Assembly (NCBI GenBank): GCA_964650385.1
Contig: CAZYTP010000005.1
Location: 1-56,835 of the forward strand
Direction of reading: 5' to 3'
Origin: an uncultured Syntrophales bacterium
Lineage (GTDB): Bacteria > Desulfobacterota > Syntrophia > Syntrophales > JADFWA01
DNA: 56,835 bases
The notes beneath the pieces are model-generated. The model searched no databases. It saw only the letters and a program-made list of their open reading frames with translations, and had not been told where the DNA came from. Shown piece after piece: positions 48,888 to 56,715 of the stretch (the first letter of the stretch is position 1; each line of letters opens with the position of its first letter). The position numbers were made by a program, and so were the translations under genes.

Positions 48888-50196
48888 ACTATCGTTCGAG
48901 TCTTTTTTGAACAAGACAGAAAAGATTGCAGTGGTAGGTCTCGGCTATGTTGGTCTGCCGCTTGCCGTCCATCTGTCCAGGCATTTTTCTGTTACAGGAT
49001 ATGACGTCAATTCCGACCGCATAGCTGAACTTAAGGCTGGCCATGATAGTACCAGAGAGGTAACCGATTCAGATTTACAATCATCAACTGTGGATTTCAC
49101 GTCCAGCCCCGAAGCGCTCTCTTCCTGCAGACTCATCATCGTGGCTGTTCCAACACCCATCGATGAAGCTAAATCACCGGATCTTACATATATCAGAAGC
49201 ACTTCAACCACTGTGGGCAAATATCTCTCACAAGGCTCCTGTGTGATCTTTGAATCGACGGTCTATCCGGGAGTAACGGAAGATATCTGTGTTCCTATCA
49301 TGGAAAAGGAATCCGGCTTAAAATTCGGTAAAGATTTCTCCGTCGGATACTCACCCGAAAGGATTAATCCGGGTGACAAGGTCCATACGTTAGAGACGAC
49401 TATCAAAATTGTCTCCGCATCCGATATAAAAACCCTCGACTTGCTCACACAGATTTACGGCAGGGTCGTTAATGCCGGGATTCATCGGGTTTCTTCTATC
49501 AAAGTAGCTGAGGCGGCCAAGGTCATTGAAAATACGCAAAGAGACATCAATATTGCCCTCATAAATGAGCTTTCCATCATCTTCAACAAGATGGGAATCG
49601 ACACTCTTGAAGTCCTGGAAGCGGCAGGCACCAAGTGGAATTTTCTGCCATTTCGGCCAGGCCTTGTAGGCGGTCACTGTATCGGGGTGGATCCCTACTA
49701 TTTAACCTTCAAGGCGGAGTCATTAGGCTACCATCCGCAGGTAATTCTGGCCGGACGCCGTATCAACGACGGGATGGGGAAATACATAGCCGGGCAAACC
49801 ATCAAGATGCTCATCGCCGCAGATAAGCATGTCAGAAATGCAAAGGTGGCAGTACTCGGGCTGACCTTCAAGGAGAATGTCCCCGATTTACGCAATACAA
49901 AGGTGGCAGACATCATCAATGAATTGAAAGATTACGGGAGCAGCGTTATTATCCATGATCCCCACGCCAGTGCTGAAGAAGCCTATCACCAATACGGCCT
50001 GAAACTACAGCCGCTCAATCAAATTAGAGGGGTTGATGCGGTGATTCTGGCGGTTGCACACCGGGAGTATCAGGAACTCGGCCTCCGAAAGATCGCTGCG
50101 TTATGCTCCGACGGAGATTCACCTGTTGTGGATGTTAAGGGTATGTTCAGCCACGAAGAAGCAAAGAAACTCAATATAAATTACTGGAGATTGTGA
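48877..50196 (+). CDS. Nucleotide-sugar dehydrogenase (TviB/WbpO-like)
   Basis: GLGYVGLP, ESTVYPG, SPERINPG, GGHCIGVDPYYL, FKENVPDLRN. Confidence 0.92.
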   Translation: MKNELSFESFLNKTEKIAVVGLGYVGLPLAVHLSRHFSVTGYDVNSDRIAELKAGHDSTREVTDSDLQSSTVDFTSSPEALSSCRLIIVAVPTPIDEAKSPDLTYIRSTSTTVGKYLSQGSCVIFESTVYPGVTEDICVPIMEKESGLKFGKDFSVGYSPERINPGDKVHTLETTIKIVSASDIKTLDLLTQIYGRVVNAGIHRVSSIKVAEAAKVIENTQRDINIALINELSIIFNKMGIDTLEVLEAAGTKWNFLPFRPGLVGGHCIGVDPYYLTFKAESLGYHPQVILAGRRINDGMGKYIAGQTIKMLIAADKHVRNAKVAVLGLTFKENVPDLRNTKVADIINELKDYGSSVIIHDPHASAEEAYHQYGLKLQPLNQIRGVDAVILAVAHREYQELGLRKIAALCSDGDSPVVDVKGMFSHEEAKKLNINYWRL

Positions 50197-50233
50197 AAAA
50201 TGTGCCCTTTCTGTCATTCCCGCGTTTCCTTCT

Positions 50234-50642
50234 GTCATTCCCGCGAAGGCGGGAATCCAGACACCATCCCCACGCAAGCGGGGAAACATGAAGTGAAATA
50301 ATGTAGCGTGACGTGCGTTAATGAAACAATATTACATTTATATTCTTGCAAGCAGAAAAAACGGGACGTTGTATGTCGGTGTGACGAGTGATTTACTCAA
50401 AAGGATTTATGCGCACAAACAAAATCTCATAGATGGATTCACAAAAAAATATAATGTCCATACTCTTGTGTATTGTGAGGTATATAACGACATACGAAAG
50501 CGATTCTAAGAGAAAAGCAGATAAAGAAATGGAATAGGAGATGGAAGCTAAGGCTTATTGAAGAAATGAATTCTGAATGGAGGGATTTATATGACGAAAT
50601 AGTTTAAACATATTTCTGGATTCCCGCCTTCGCGGGAATGAC
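50234..50642. mobile_element. GIY-YIG cassette bounded by perfect 26-nt inverted GTCA palindromes
   Basis: GTCATTCCCGCGAAGGCGGGAATCCA (50234-50259) and its exact reverse complement (50617-50642). Confidence 0.8.
50321..50607 (+). pseudogene. Stand-alone GIY-YIG nuclease with a 1-nt frameshift near 50497
   Basis: YYIYILASRKNGTLYVGVT...R...H...GFTKKY in the first frame; AILREKQIKKWNRRWKLRLIEEMNSEWRDLYDEIV continues in another frame to TAA 50607. Confidence 0.88.
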
Positions 50643-50677
50643 CATTTAGAATATTTATGGAAACTTGTAAGGATTCT

Positions 50678-51703
50678 ATGAGAAAAATCTTAGTCACAGG
50701 TGCAGCCGGCTTTATCGGGTTCCATTTAGCTAAAAGGCTATTAAATAGTGGCAATACCGTCGTCGGCATAGACAACCTGAACAATTACTATGATGTCAAC
50801 CTGAAAAAAGCACGTCTTGCCATTCTCGAAAACTACAAGACCTTTAATTTCACCCAAATGGATATCGCCAACCGGGAAGACATGGAAAGACTTTTCCATA
50901 CAGATTCACCAGACTATATTGTCCACTTAGCCGCCCAAGTAGGAGTACGTTATTCTCTTGAGAATCCCCACGCATATATCAACAGCAATCTCGTCGGTTT
51001 CACAAATATCCTTGAAGGCTGCAGGCACAATAAAGTTAAACATCTCGTTTTTGCCTCGTCAAGTTCCGTCTACGGTGCAAACACCAGGGTGCCCTTCTCG
51101 ATTCATCATAATGTTGATCACCCAATCAGCCTCTATGCCGCAACGAAAAAGGCAAATGAACTGATGGCACATGTTTACGCGCATCTTTACAATATCCCCT
51201 GCACGGGACTCCGATTCTTTACCGTATACGGCCCTTGGGGTAGACCCGACATGGCCTATTTCCTCTTTACGGATGCCATCCTGCGGGGAAAGCCGATCGA
51301 CGTATTCAACCATGGTAAGATGAAAAGGGACTTTACATACATAGACGATATTATAGAAGGTGTTGTCAGAATAATTGACAATATCCCGCAGGCGGATCCC
51401 AGCTGGAGCAGAGATGATCCTGACCCCGGTACAAGCTTTGCCCCTTATAAAATCTATAACATAGGCAACAACAACCCCATACAATTGATGAAATTTATCA
51501 ACCTGCTGGAAGAGTGCCTCGGTGAAACGGCAAAAAAAAACTTTCTTCCCCTGCAACCCGGAGATGTGCCGGCAACTTATGCCGACGTGGACGATTTAAT
51601 GAAAGACGTGGGCTTTAAACCGAAGACCCCGCTAAGAGAAGGCATCAGAAAATTTGTGGAGTGGTATAAGAAATATTATTTTACTCCCCAAAACAGACAT
51701 TGA
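50678..51703 (+). CDS. NAD-dependent epimerase (UDP-glucuronate 4-epimerase-like)
   Basis: [38 protein letters not shown]. Confidence 0.93.
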   Translation: MRKILVTGAAGFIGFHLAKRLLNSGNTVVGIDNLNNYYDVNLKKARLAILENYKTFNFTQMDIANREDMERLFHTDSPDYIVHLAAQVGVRYSLENPHAYINSNLVGFTNILEGCRHNKVKHLVFASSSSVYGANTRVPFSIHHNVDHPISLYAATKKANELMAHVYAHLYNIPCTGLRFFTVYGPWGRPDMAYFLFTDAILRGKPIDVFNHGKMKRDFTYIDDIIEGVVRIIDNIPQADPSWSRDDPDPGTSFAPYKIYNIGNNNPIQLMKFINLLEECLGETAKKNFLPLQPGDVPATYADVDDLMKDVGFKPKTPLREGIRKFVEWYKKYYFTPQNRH

Positions 51704-51716
51704 CCCTTCGAACACA

Positions 51717-51781
51717 GTAGGATAGGCGTCCCGCCTGTCCATAATGGTGAATCGCTTAGACAGCCGAGACGGCTGTCCTAC
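51717..51781. repeat. GTAG-type REP doublet (REPIN-like)
   Basis: GTAGGATAGGCGTCCCGCCTGTC...GACAGCCGAGACGGCTGTCCTAC. Confidence 0.7.
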
Positions 51782-51801
51782 GGGATGGGGAGGACAGTCT
51801 T

Positions 51802-51932
51802 GACAGTCTCGTAAAAAGTCTTTTTTTGTCACCCTGAATTTATTTCAGGGTCTCTAACTTGCTGAAATAATAGATGCTGAAACAAGTTCAGCATGACAAA
51901 TGACACATTTTGAGACTTTTTACGAGTGCATC
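51802..51932. mobile_element. 131-bp MITE carrying a type-B GTCA palindrome doublet
   Basis: Close copy of 34521-34652; flanks AGTCTT/AATCTT. Confidence 0.85.
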
Positions 51933-51974
51933 AATCTTTATTTTCAATGTCTATTTTTGGGATCATCTTCGAGC

Positions 51975-52003
51975 TTGACTTGAAGTCGAAAAGTCATCAT
52001 AAT
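51975..52003 (+). promoter_or_regulatory. Putative ssrA promoter
   Basis: TTGACT-17 nt-CATAAT, 27 nt before the mature 5' end. Confidence 0.65.
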
Positions 52004-52030
52004 ATATGTAAATTTGTTCTTGAAAAATAT

Positions 52031-52386
52031 GGGGGCGTCACGGTTTCGACGGGGATAACTGAAGCTGTAGTGGCATACCGAGGTTCCTATCGGCCTCGTT
52101 AAACAGGTAGGAAAAACGTAAACGCAGATAATTACGATTACGCTTTAGCCGCTTAAGACGGCTAACGTTCTCCTGATTTCTCCTATCGGATCAGATGAGG
52201 GCGTCATTTAGGTAGGATAACCGATCTCATCTTCCTGGGGTGAGAAAGGCGAAAACTAAACAGGATAGTACCTGAGAAATCCTGCCTCTGGGAGATTTCA
52301 GGTGCGAATTTAAAGCAGAGGCTATGTATGTAGAAGCTGCAGTGGAATATTTTCGGACGCGGGTTCGACTCCCGCCGCCTCCACCA
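52031..52386 (+). ncRNA. ssrA: Transfer-messenger RNA
   Basis: 5' GGGGGCG..GGTTTCGAC; tag ORF ADNYDYALAA-stop at 52124-52156; 3' GGGTTCGACTCCCGCCGCCTCCACCA. Confidence 0.97.
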
Positions 52387-52398
52387 GACTTTCGCTCC

Positions 52399-52426
52399 AA
52401 AAATAGGGACAGCTGTCCCTATTTTT
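52399..52426. terminator. Perfect 28-bp palindrome after ssrA (terminator-like, also a repeat-family member)
   Basis: AAAAATAGGGACAG|CTGTCCCTATTTTT. Confidence 0.65.
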
Positions 52427-52482
52427 TATTTTTGTTGTCCCTGTTTTCTATACAGATGCTGAAGCTGGCTGAGGTCATATTT

Positions 52483-52614
52483 GAGGCACTCGTAAAAAGT
52501 CAGCTTTTGTCACCCTGAATTTATTTCAGGGTCTCTAACTTATTGAACTGTTTAGATGCTGAAACAAGTTCAGCATGACAAATGTTGCAGTTTATGACTT
52601 TTTACGAGACTGTC
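52483..52614. mobile_element. 132-bp MITE carrying a type-B GTCA palindrome doublet
   Basis: GAGGCACTCGTAAAAAGTC...GACTTTTTACGAGACTGTC; flanks ATATTT/ATATTT. Confidence 0.85.
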
Positions 52615-52690
52615 ATATTTTACTTTGACTTTTTCGCTTGTTCGTGTAATGTTATTTTATCATCGCATGAATACATGAAAGGAAAGGCAG

Positions 52691-52975
52691 GTGATTAATG
52701 TGGCCGTGGTAAAAAAGATTGGAAGTAGTGGACAAATTTCCTTAGGGAAAGAATATGCAGGCCGGGACGTCGTTATAGAACAGATAAGTGACGGAGTTTG
52801 GATCATAAAAACAGGTCAGTTTATGCCCCATGATGAAAGATGGCTGCACCATCCTGAGGTTTCCAGCGCTCTTGATAAGGCTATCGACTGGGCTGAACAA
52901 AACCCACCCGGGGAAACCAACCTAAATGATCTTGAGAAACAACTTGAAAATGCCCAAAACAGATCCGACTCTTAA
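52691..52975 (+). CDS. Putative antitoxin with AbrB/MazE-like N-terminus
   Basis: KKIGSSGQISLGKEY...VVIE...WIIK swapped-hairpin-like pattern; acidic C-terminus; overlaps the next ORF. Confidence 0.6.
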   Translation: MINVAVVKKIGSSGQISLGKEYAGRDVVIEQISDGVWIIKTGQFMPHDERWLHHPEVSSALDKAIDWAEQNPPGETNLNDLEKQLENAQNRSDS

Positions 52976-53267
52976 ATTAGATTTAAATAATCCAGTCTTT
53001 CAAAAACAGTTATTTAATCTACCACAAAAAGATCAGCGAAGCGTCTTTAACACCTTGCGCAGGGTGTTAAAGATGGATTGGAACCAGATTTACCAGGATC
53101 GTGGTCTTAAATGGGAGATAATACATTCACGTTCAGGTCCCCATGGCAAGCGGCTCTACAGCTTGCGAACAGGCAAGGGTTTTAGGGCAGTAGCTTGCCG
53201 GGATGGACAATGGATGAGATTGTTGTCTTTACATCCAGATCATGATTCTGCCTACCTTTCATCTTGA
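52950..53267 (+). CDS. Putative RelE/ParE-like toxin
   Basis: Basic 105 aa; FQKQLFNL helix, LYSLR.GKGFRAV strands, C-terminal HPDHDSAY. Confidence 0.55.
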   Translation: MPKTDPTLKLDLNNPVFQKQLFNLPQKDQRSVFNTLRRVLKMDWNQIYQDRGLKWEIIHSRSGPHGKRLYSLRTGKGFRAVACRDGQWMRLLSLHPDHDSAYLSS

Positions 53268-53306
53268 TTTTTCCGGTAAAAATTCCGGTCGAAATGGATG
53301 CGATAT

Positions 53307-54425
53307 ATGACCCATGACCAATTCGACATAACCATCATCGGCGCCGGTGTGATCGGCCTCGCCATCGCGGAAGAGCTCTCCACAAAATACAGCAACATAT
53401 TGCTGGTTGAAAAGAACACCTCGTGCGGACAGGAAACGAGCAGCCGGAACAGTGAGATTATCCATGCGGGCATCTATTATCCAGCCGGTTTTTTAAAAGC
53501 AACATCATGCAGGGAGGGGAACCATCGTCTCTATGAAATCTGCAGGAACCGTAACATCCCCCACAAAATGCTGGGAAAACTGATTGTTGCTACAAACAGT
53601 GAAGAAATCAATGCATTATGGAAGATAAAAGAACGGGCGGAACAGAACGGCGTTAATAATCTCTCGTTTCTCTCCCAAAATCAAATCCGCAAACTTGAGC
53701 CGGAAGTGAGGGCAACGGCCGCCCTCTTCTCCCCTTCTACCGGTATCATTGACTCTCACTCTCTGATGCGGTCTTTTTATATAAATGCCGAGTCAAACGA
53801 TGTCACCATCGCGTTACGTTCAGAAGTAACGGCCATTCACGTTGACAGCAACAGCTATGAGCTGGAAATCAACAATGGAGAGTACAGGTTCCAGACAAGG
53901 ATACTGATCAACAGCGCGGGCCTCCATTCAGACAGGATTGCCGCCCTTGCCGGAATCGATACCGAAAAAGAGGGGTATCGTTTAAAATACTGTAAGGGGA
54001 ATTACTTCTCGGCATCCCCTGCCCCGAAATTGAATCACCTGGTTTACCCTGCCCCCACAGACAATTACGAAGGCCTCGGAATTCACGTCACCCTCGATCT
54101 CAACAACCGGGTCAAGTTCGGCCCCGATACCGAATATGTCGACAACCTGGAATATACGGTCGATGAAGACAAAAAAAAGCCATTTTACCAGTCTATCAGA
54201 AGGTACTTGCCTGGAATAAAAATGGAATCACTCAATCCTGAAATGAGCGGTATAAGGCCAAAACTCCAGGGACCGGGTGAACCGTACAGGGACTTTATAA
54301 TCAAGGAAGAACGTGATCTGGGATATCCCGGCCTGATTAATTTGATCGGGATCGAATCCCCCGGCCTCACATCGTGCATTCCAATAGCACAGCACGTCTC
54401 TTCACTGGTGGAGGAGTGCTTGTAG
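53307..54425 (+). CDS. FAD-dependent oxidoreductase, L-2-hydroxyglutarate oxidase (LhgO)-like
   Basis: IIGAGVIG, TSSRNSEIIHAGIYY, GLGIHVT, SGIRPK, GIESPGLT. Confidence 0.88.
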   Translation: MTHDQFDITIIGAGVIGLAIAEELSTKYSNILLVEKNTSCGQETSSRNSEIIHAGIYYPAGFLKATSCREGNHRLYEICRNRNIPHKMLGKLIVATNSEEINALWKIKERAEQNGVNNLSFLSQNQIRKLEPEVRATAALFSPSTGIIDSHSLMRSFYINAESNDVTIALRSEVTAIHVDSNSYELEINNGEYRFQTRILINSAGLHSDRIAALAGIDTEKEGYRLKYCKGNYFSASPAPKLNHLVYPAPTDNYEGLGIHVTLDLNNRVKFGPDTEYVDNLEYTVDEDKKKPFYQSIRRYLPGIKMESLNPEMSGIRPKLQGPGEPYRDFIIKEERDLGYPGLINLIGIESPGLTSCIPIAQHVSSLVEECL

Positions 54426-54432
54426 TTATAAA

Positions 54433-54486
54433 GGGCGGAATGGACAAACCATGTAACGGACTTTGATCCGGTATCGTTTGACCGTG
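54433..54486 (+). repeat. 54-bp nested palindrome, copy 2
   Basis: GGGCGGAATGGACAAACCATGTAACGGACTTTGATCCGGTATCGTTTGACCGTG. Confidence 0.7.
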
Positions 54487-54548
54487 CGTGAAAAAATGAG
54501 AAAAATAGAAACATCCCCATTTTTACACATTAAAAAAGGGCGCTGTCC

Positions 54549-56009
54549 CTATTTAATGGATTTTTGTGCCTTTCTTATGTACTCGATGAAGAAGGCAAGA
54601 AAAACAGCCATAAATAATGCAACCACTCCGGCAAGGAGAACGATCTTTTTCATATCTTTTGACCTGACTGAGTTGGTTTCGGGGTCCCTGACCACCTGCA
54701 CAGCATTATTTACTGACTTGCCAAGATATTCCACATTCAACTCATTTGCCCTTTTTGACAGGGCAACAATTTTATCCTCTATGTCCCTTAGCCCTGTCTT
54801 TATATAGGCAATATTCTCCTTCTCCTTCTCCTTCTTCTTCTCTTTCTCTTCCCTATTTTTCTCCTTCTCCTTCTCCCTTAAAAAAGCAATCTCTTCTTCC
54901 AGAAATTCTTTGTCAACTTCCAGATTTTTTGCTCTTACTTCTGCCTCCAGGGCAGTTTTTAAAAGAAGCGTAGAAGAATCCTCCTTTATCATGTCCTTGA
55001 TAAAAGAAGTATCAAGAAGAAGGCCTGTCTCTGTCTTTTTATTAACAGCGCCCATTGATGGTTCGTATCTTCCCGGCCGTCTCATATCCTCCAACAGTTT
55101 CCTGGCAATTAATGCCTCCTTTTCTTTCTTTTTTCTTTCGACATCAATTGTTCTTATTTTATGTCTGTATACATTAATGAGATTCTCTTTATTTTTGGTA
55201 AGCTTCAGTGATTTAATGGTTGCTTCTATTCCGGAAATCTCAATACCATTAAGCAATTCAAGATCATTCTTCACCTCTACAAATGAATCGGCTGTTTTCT
55301 GCGACCTGAAAAACCCGGCCTTTGCTATCTTGGAATCTAAAAATTTGATAAAGCTATTTGCTCTTACTTTAAAGGCATTAATCGTATCAAGATAGTCAGA
55401 ACTTGCAAGAAAACCGGCAGGAAAGTCAATAACCACCAACGGTTCTTCTCCGTATTTCTTCTCAAAGTCTTTTCTGTATTCACCTATTACTGAAAGTAAA
55501 ATTTGACTCCTTTCTTCTGTCGAAAAAATACTTTTCTCTTCCGTAGTAAGGGTTAATCTGAATTGATTGGAATAAAACGTATATGTTTCCTTTGCCTTTT
55601 CAGCCTCTTTCCTTTTTCCTTCAATCTCAGGCGGTATAATAGTTTTTATGTCTATCATTCCCCTTATATTTTCCAAAGGAGGGATTTTATTTTTCTTTTG
55701 AAGGAAAACAGATGTCCTGGATAAAATCGCTGGAGTAATAATTTGATTTTTATTAAATAGAGTACCATCGGGATTCCGGTGCTCTTCTATACCGGGAAAA
55801 TTCAGTTGAATAATGCATTGGGTTATATATTTCGTGGGATATTTTAACATTACGTACCCCATGGCCACTCCAATACACAAAAACACCCCTAAAGCTATAA
55901 AAACCTTCCACTTCCAGATAACCCGGAGATAATCGATAAGGTTGATTTCATCTTCCTGATACGGATAATTTTCCGGATATTGCTTTTGTCGGGATTCTTC
56001 CTGATTCAT
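54549..56009 (-). CDS. Wzz-like polysaccharide chain-length determinant
   Basis: EDEINLIDYLRVIWKWK plus TM1, long coiled-coil periplasmic region, C-terminal TM ending FFIEY; no kinase domain. Confidence 0.8.
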   Translation of the reverse strand: MNQEESRQKQYPENYPYQEDEINLIDYLRVIWKWKVFIALGVFLCIGVAMGYVMLKYPTKYITQCIIQLNFPGIEEHRNPDGTLFNKNQIITPAILSRTSVFLQKKNKIPPLENIRGMIDIKTIIPPEIEGKRKEAEKAKETYTFYSNQFRLTLTTEEKSIFSTEERSQILLSVIGEYRKDFEKKYGEEPLVVIDFPAGFLASSDYLDTINAFKVRANSFIKFLDSKIAKAGFFRSQKTADSFVEVKNDLELLNGIEISGIEATIKSLKLTKNKENLINVYRHKIRTIDVERKKKEKEALIARKLLEDMRRPGRYEPSMGAVNKKTETGLLLDTSFIKDMIKEDSSTLLLKTALEAEVRAKNLEVDKEFLEEEIAFLREKEKEKNREEKEKKKEKEKENIAYIKTGLRDIEDKIVALSKRANELNVEYLGKSVNNAVQVVRDPETNSVRSKDMKKIVLLAGVVALFMAVFLAFFIEYIRKAQKSIK

Positions 56010-56114
56010 CTTCCCTTCCCTTACTATATGATTTTCAAGCCAGAACTAAGAACATTTAACATACAATCCTAAAAGTATCAACTTGTTTTCCTTAAATTTT
56101 ATCTCAAATTTTTC

Positions 56115-56168
56115 TTGACTTTCCAATATCATTTCATTAAATTCACCTTTGTGTTCACGAAATGAACA
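56115..56168 (+). promoter_or_regulatory. Promoter and palindromic operator of the MarR-EPS gene
   Basis: TTGACT-17-TAAATT (56115-56143), then TGTTCA-CGAAA-TGAACA (56152-56168). Confidence 0.6.
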
Positions 56169-56180
56169 GAGGGACAAAAC

Positions 56181-56549
56181 ATGCCTGATCCGCAAACAAA
56201 CAACCTCAAAAGTGAAGAAGTCATCAAACTACTCCGTGAAATAAAAGAAACACCCGAGATGACTCAGCGTGAACTATCCGCGAGGCTCGGCATCAGCCTC
56301 GGCAAGGTCAACTTTTTGATCAAGGCCTTGACAGAAAAGGGCCTCATCAAAGCAAGTAATTTCAAAAATTCCAATAACAAATATGCTTATATATACCTTC
56401 TAACTCCACATGGCCTTGAAGAAAAAGCAAGAATCACCTATCACTTCCTGAAAAGAAAGTTGAAAGAATACGAACAACTGGAAGAAGAAATTAACAGGCT
56501 GAAGAAAGAGGTTTCGGAAACCGGGTTTTCATCCGATATGAAAGATTAA
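56181..56549 (+). CDS. EPS-associated MarR-family regulator (TIGR04176-like)
   Basis: [48 protein letters not shown]. Confidence 0.9.
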   Translation: MPDPQTNNLKSEEVIKLLREIKETPEMTQRELSARLGISLGKVNFLIKALTEKGLIKASNFKNSNNKYAYIYLLTPHGLEEKARITYHFLKRKLKEYEQLEEEINRLKKEVSETGFSSDMKD

Positions 56550-56556
56550 AAGCAAA

Positions 56557-56627
56557 AATCCCCCTTAATAAAGGGAGAACCCCACTTCCTCCTTCCCCCC
56601 TTTTGTAAAGGGGGGTTAGGGGAGATT
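56557..56627. repeat. C/G-run palindromic repeat pair
   Basis: AATCCCCCTTAATAAAGGGAG...CCCCCCTTTTGTAAAGGGGGGTTAGGGGAGATT. Confidence 0.5.
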
Positions 56628-56690
56628 ATCCTACGAGGGGATTTCCATATAAACACTTAACTATTGCAATTTATTAGTAAAGTTATTTTC

Positions 56691-56715
56691 CTGGATGTAA
56701 TCCAGAGGGCGGAGC
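56691..56715 (+). promoter_or_regulatory. JUMPstart/ops-like element
   Basis: Hairpin CTGGA-TGTAA-TCCAG directly followed by AGGGCGGAGC (ops consensus GGCGGTAG), downstream of the MarR-EPS gene. Confidence 0.5.

Noticed and set aside
50490..50510. Programmed ribosomal frameshift in the GIY-YIG gene
   Set aside because: A -1 shift would restore the frame, but the site has only CGA-AAG, with no full slippery heptamer or clear downstream structure. A deletion or assembly error is simpler, though recoding is not excluded.
52324..52518. 64-aa ORF
   Set aside because: Overlaps the tmRNA 3' end, the palindrome and a MITE; spurious.
54810..54885. TTCTCC low-complexity run
   Set aside because: Encodes the EKEKEK coiled coil of the Wzz-like protein; not an independent repeat element.
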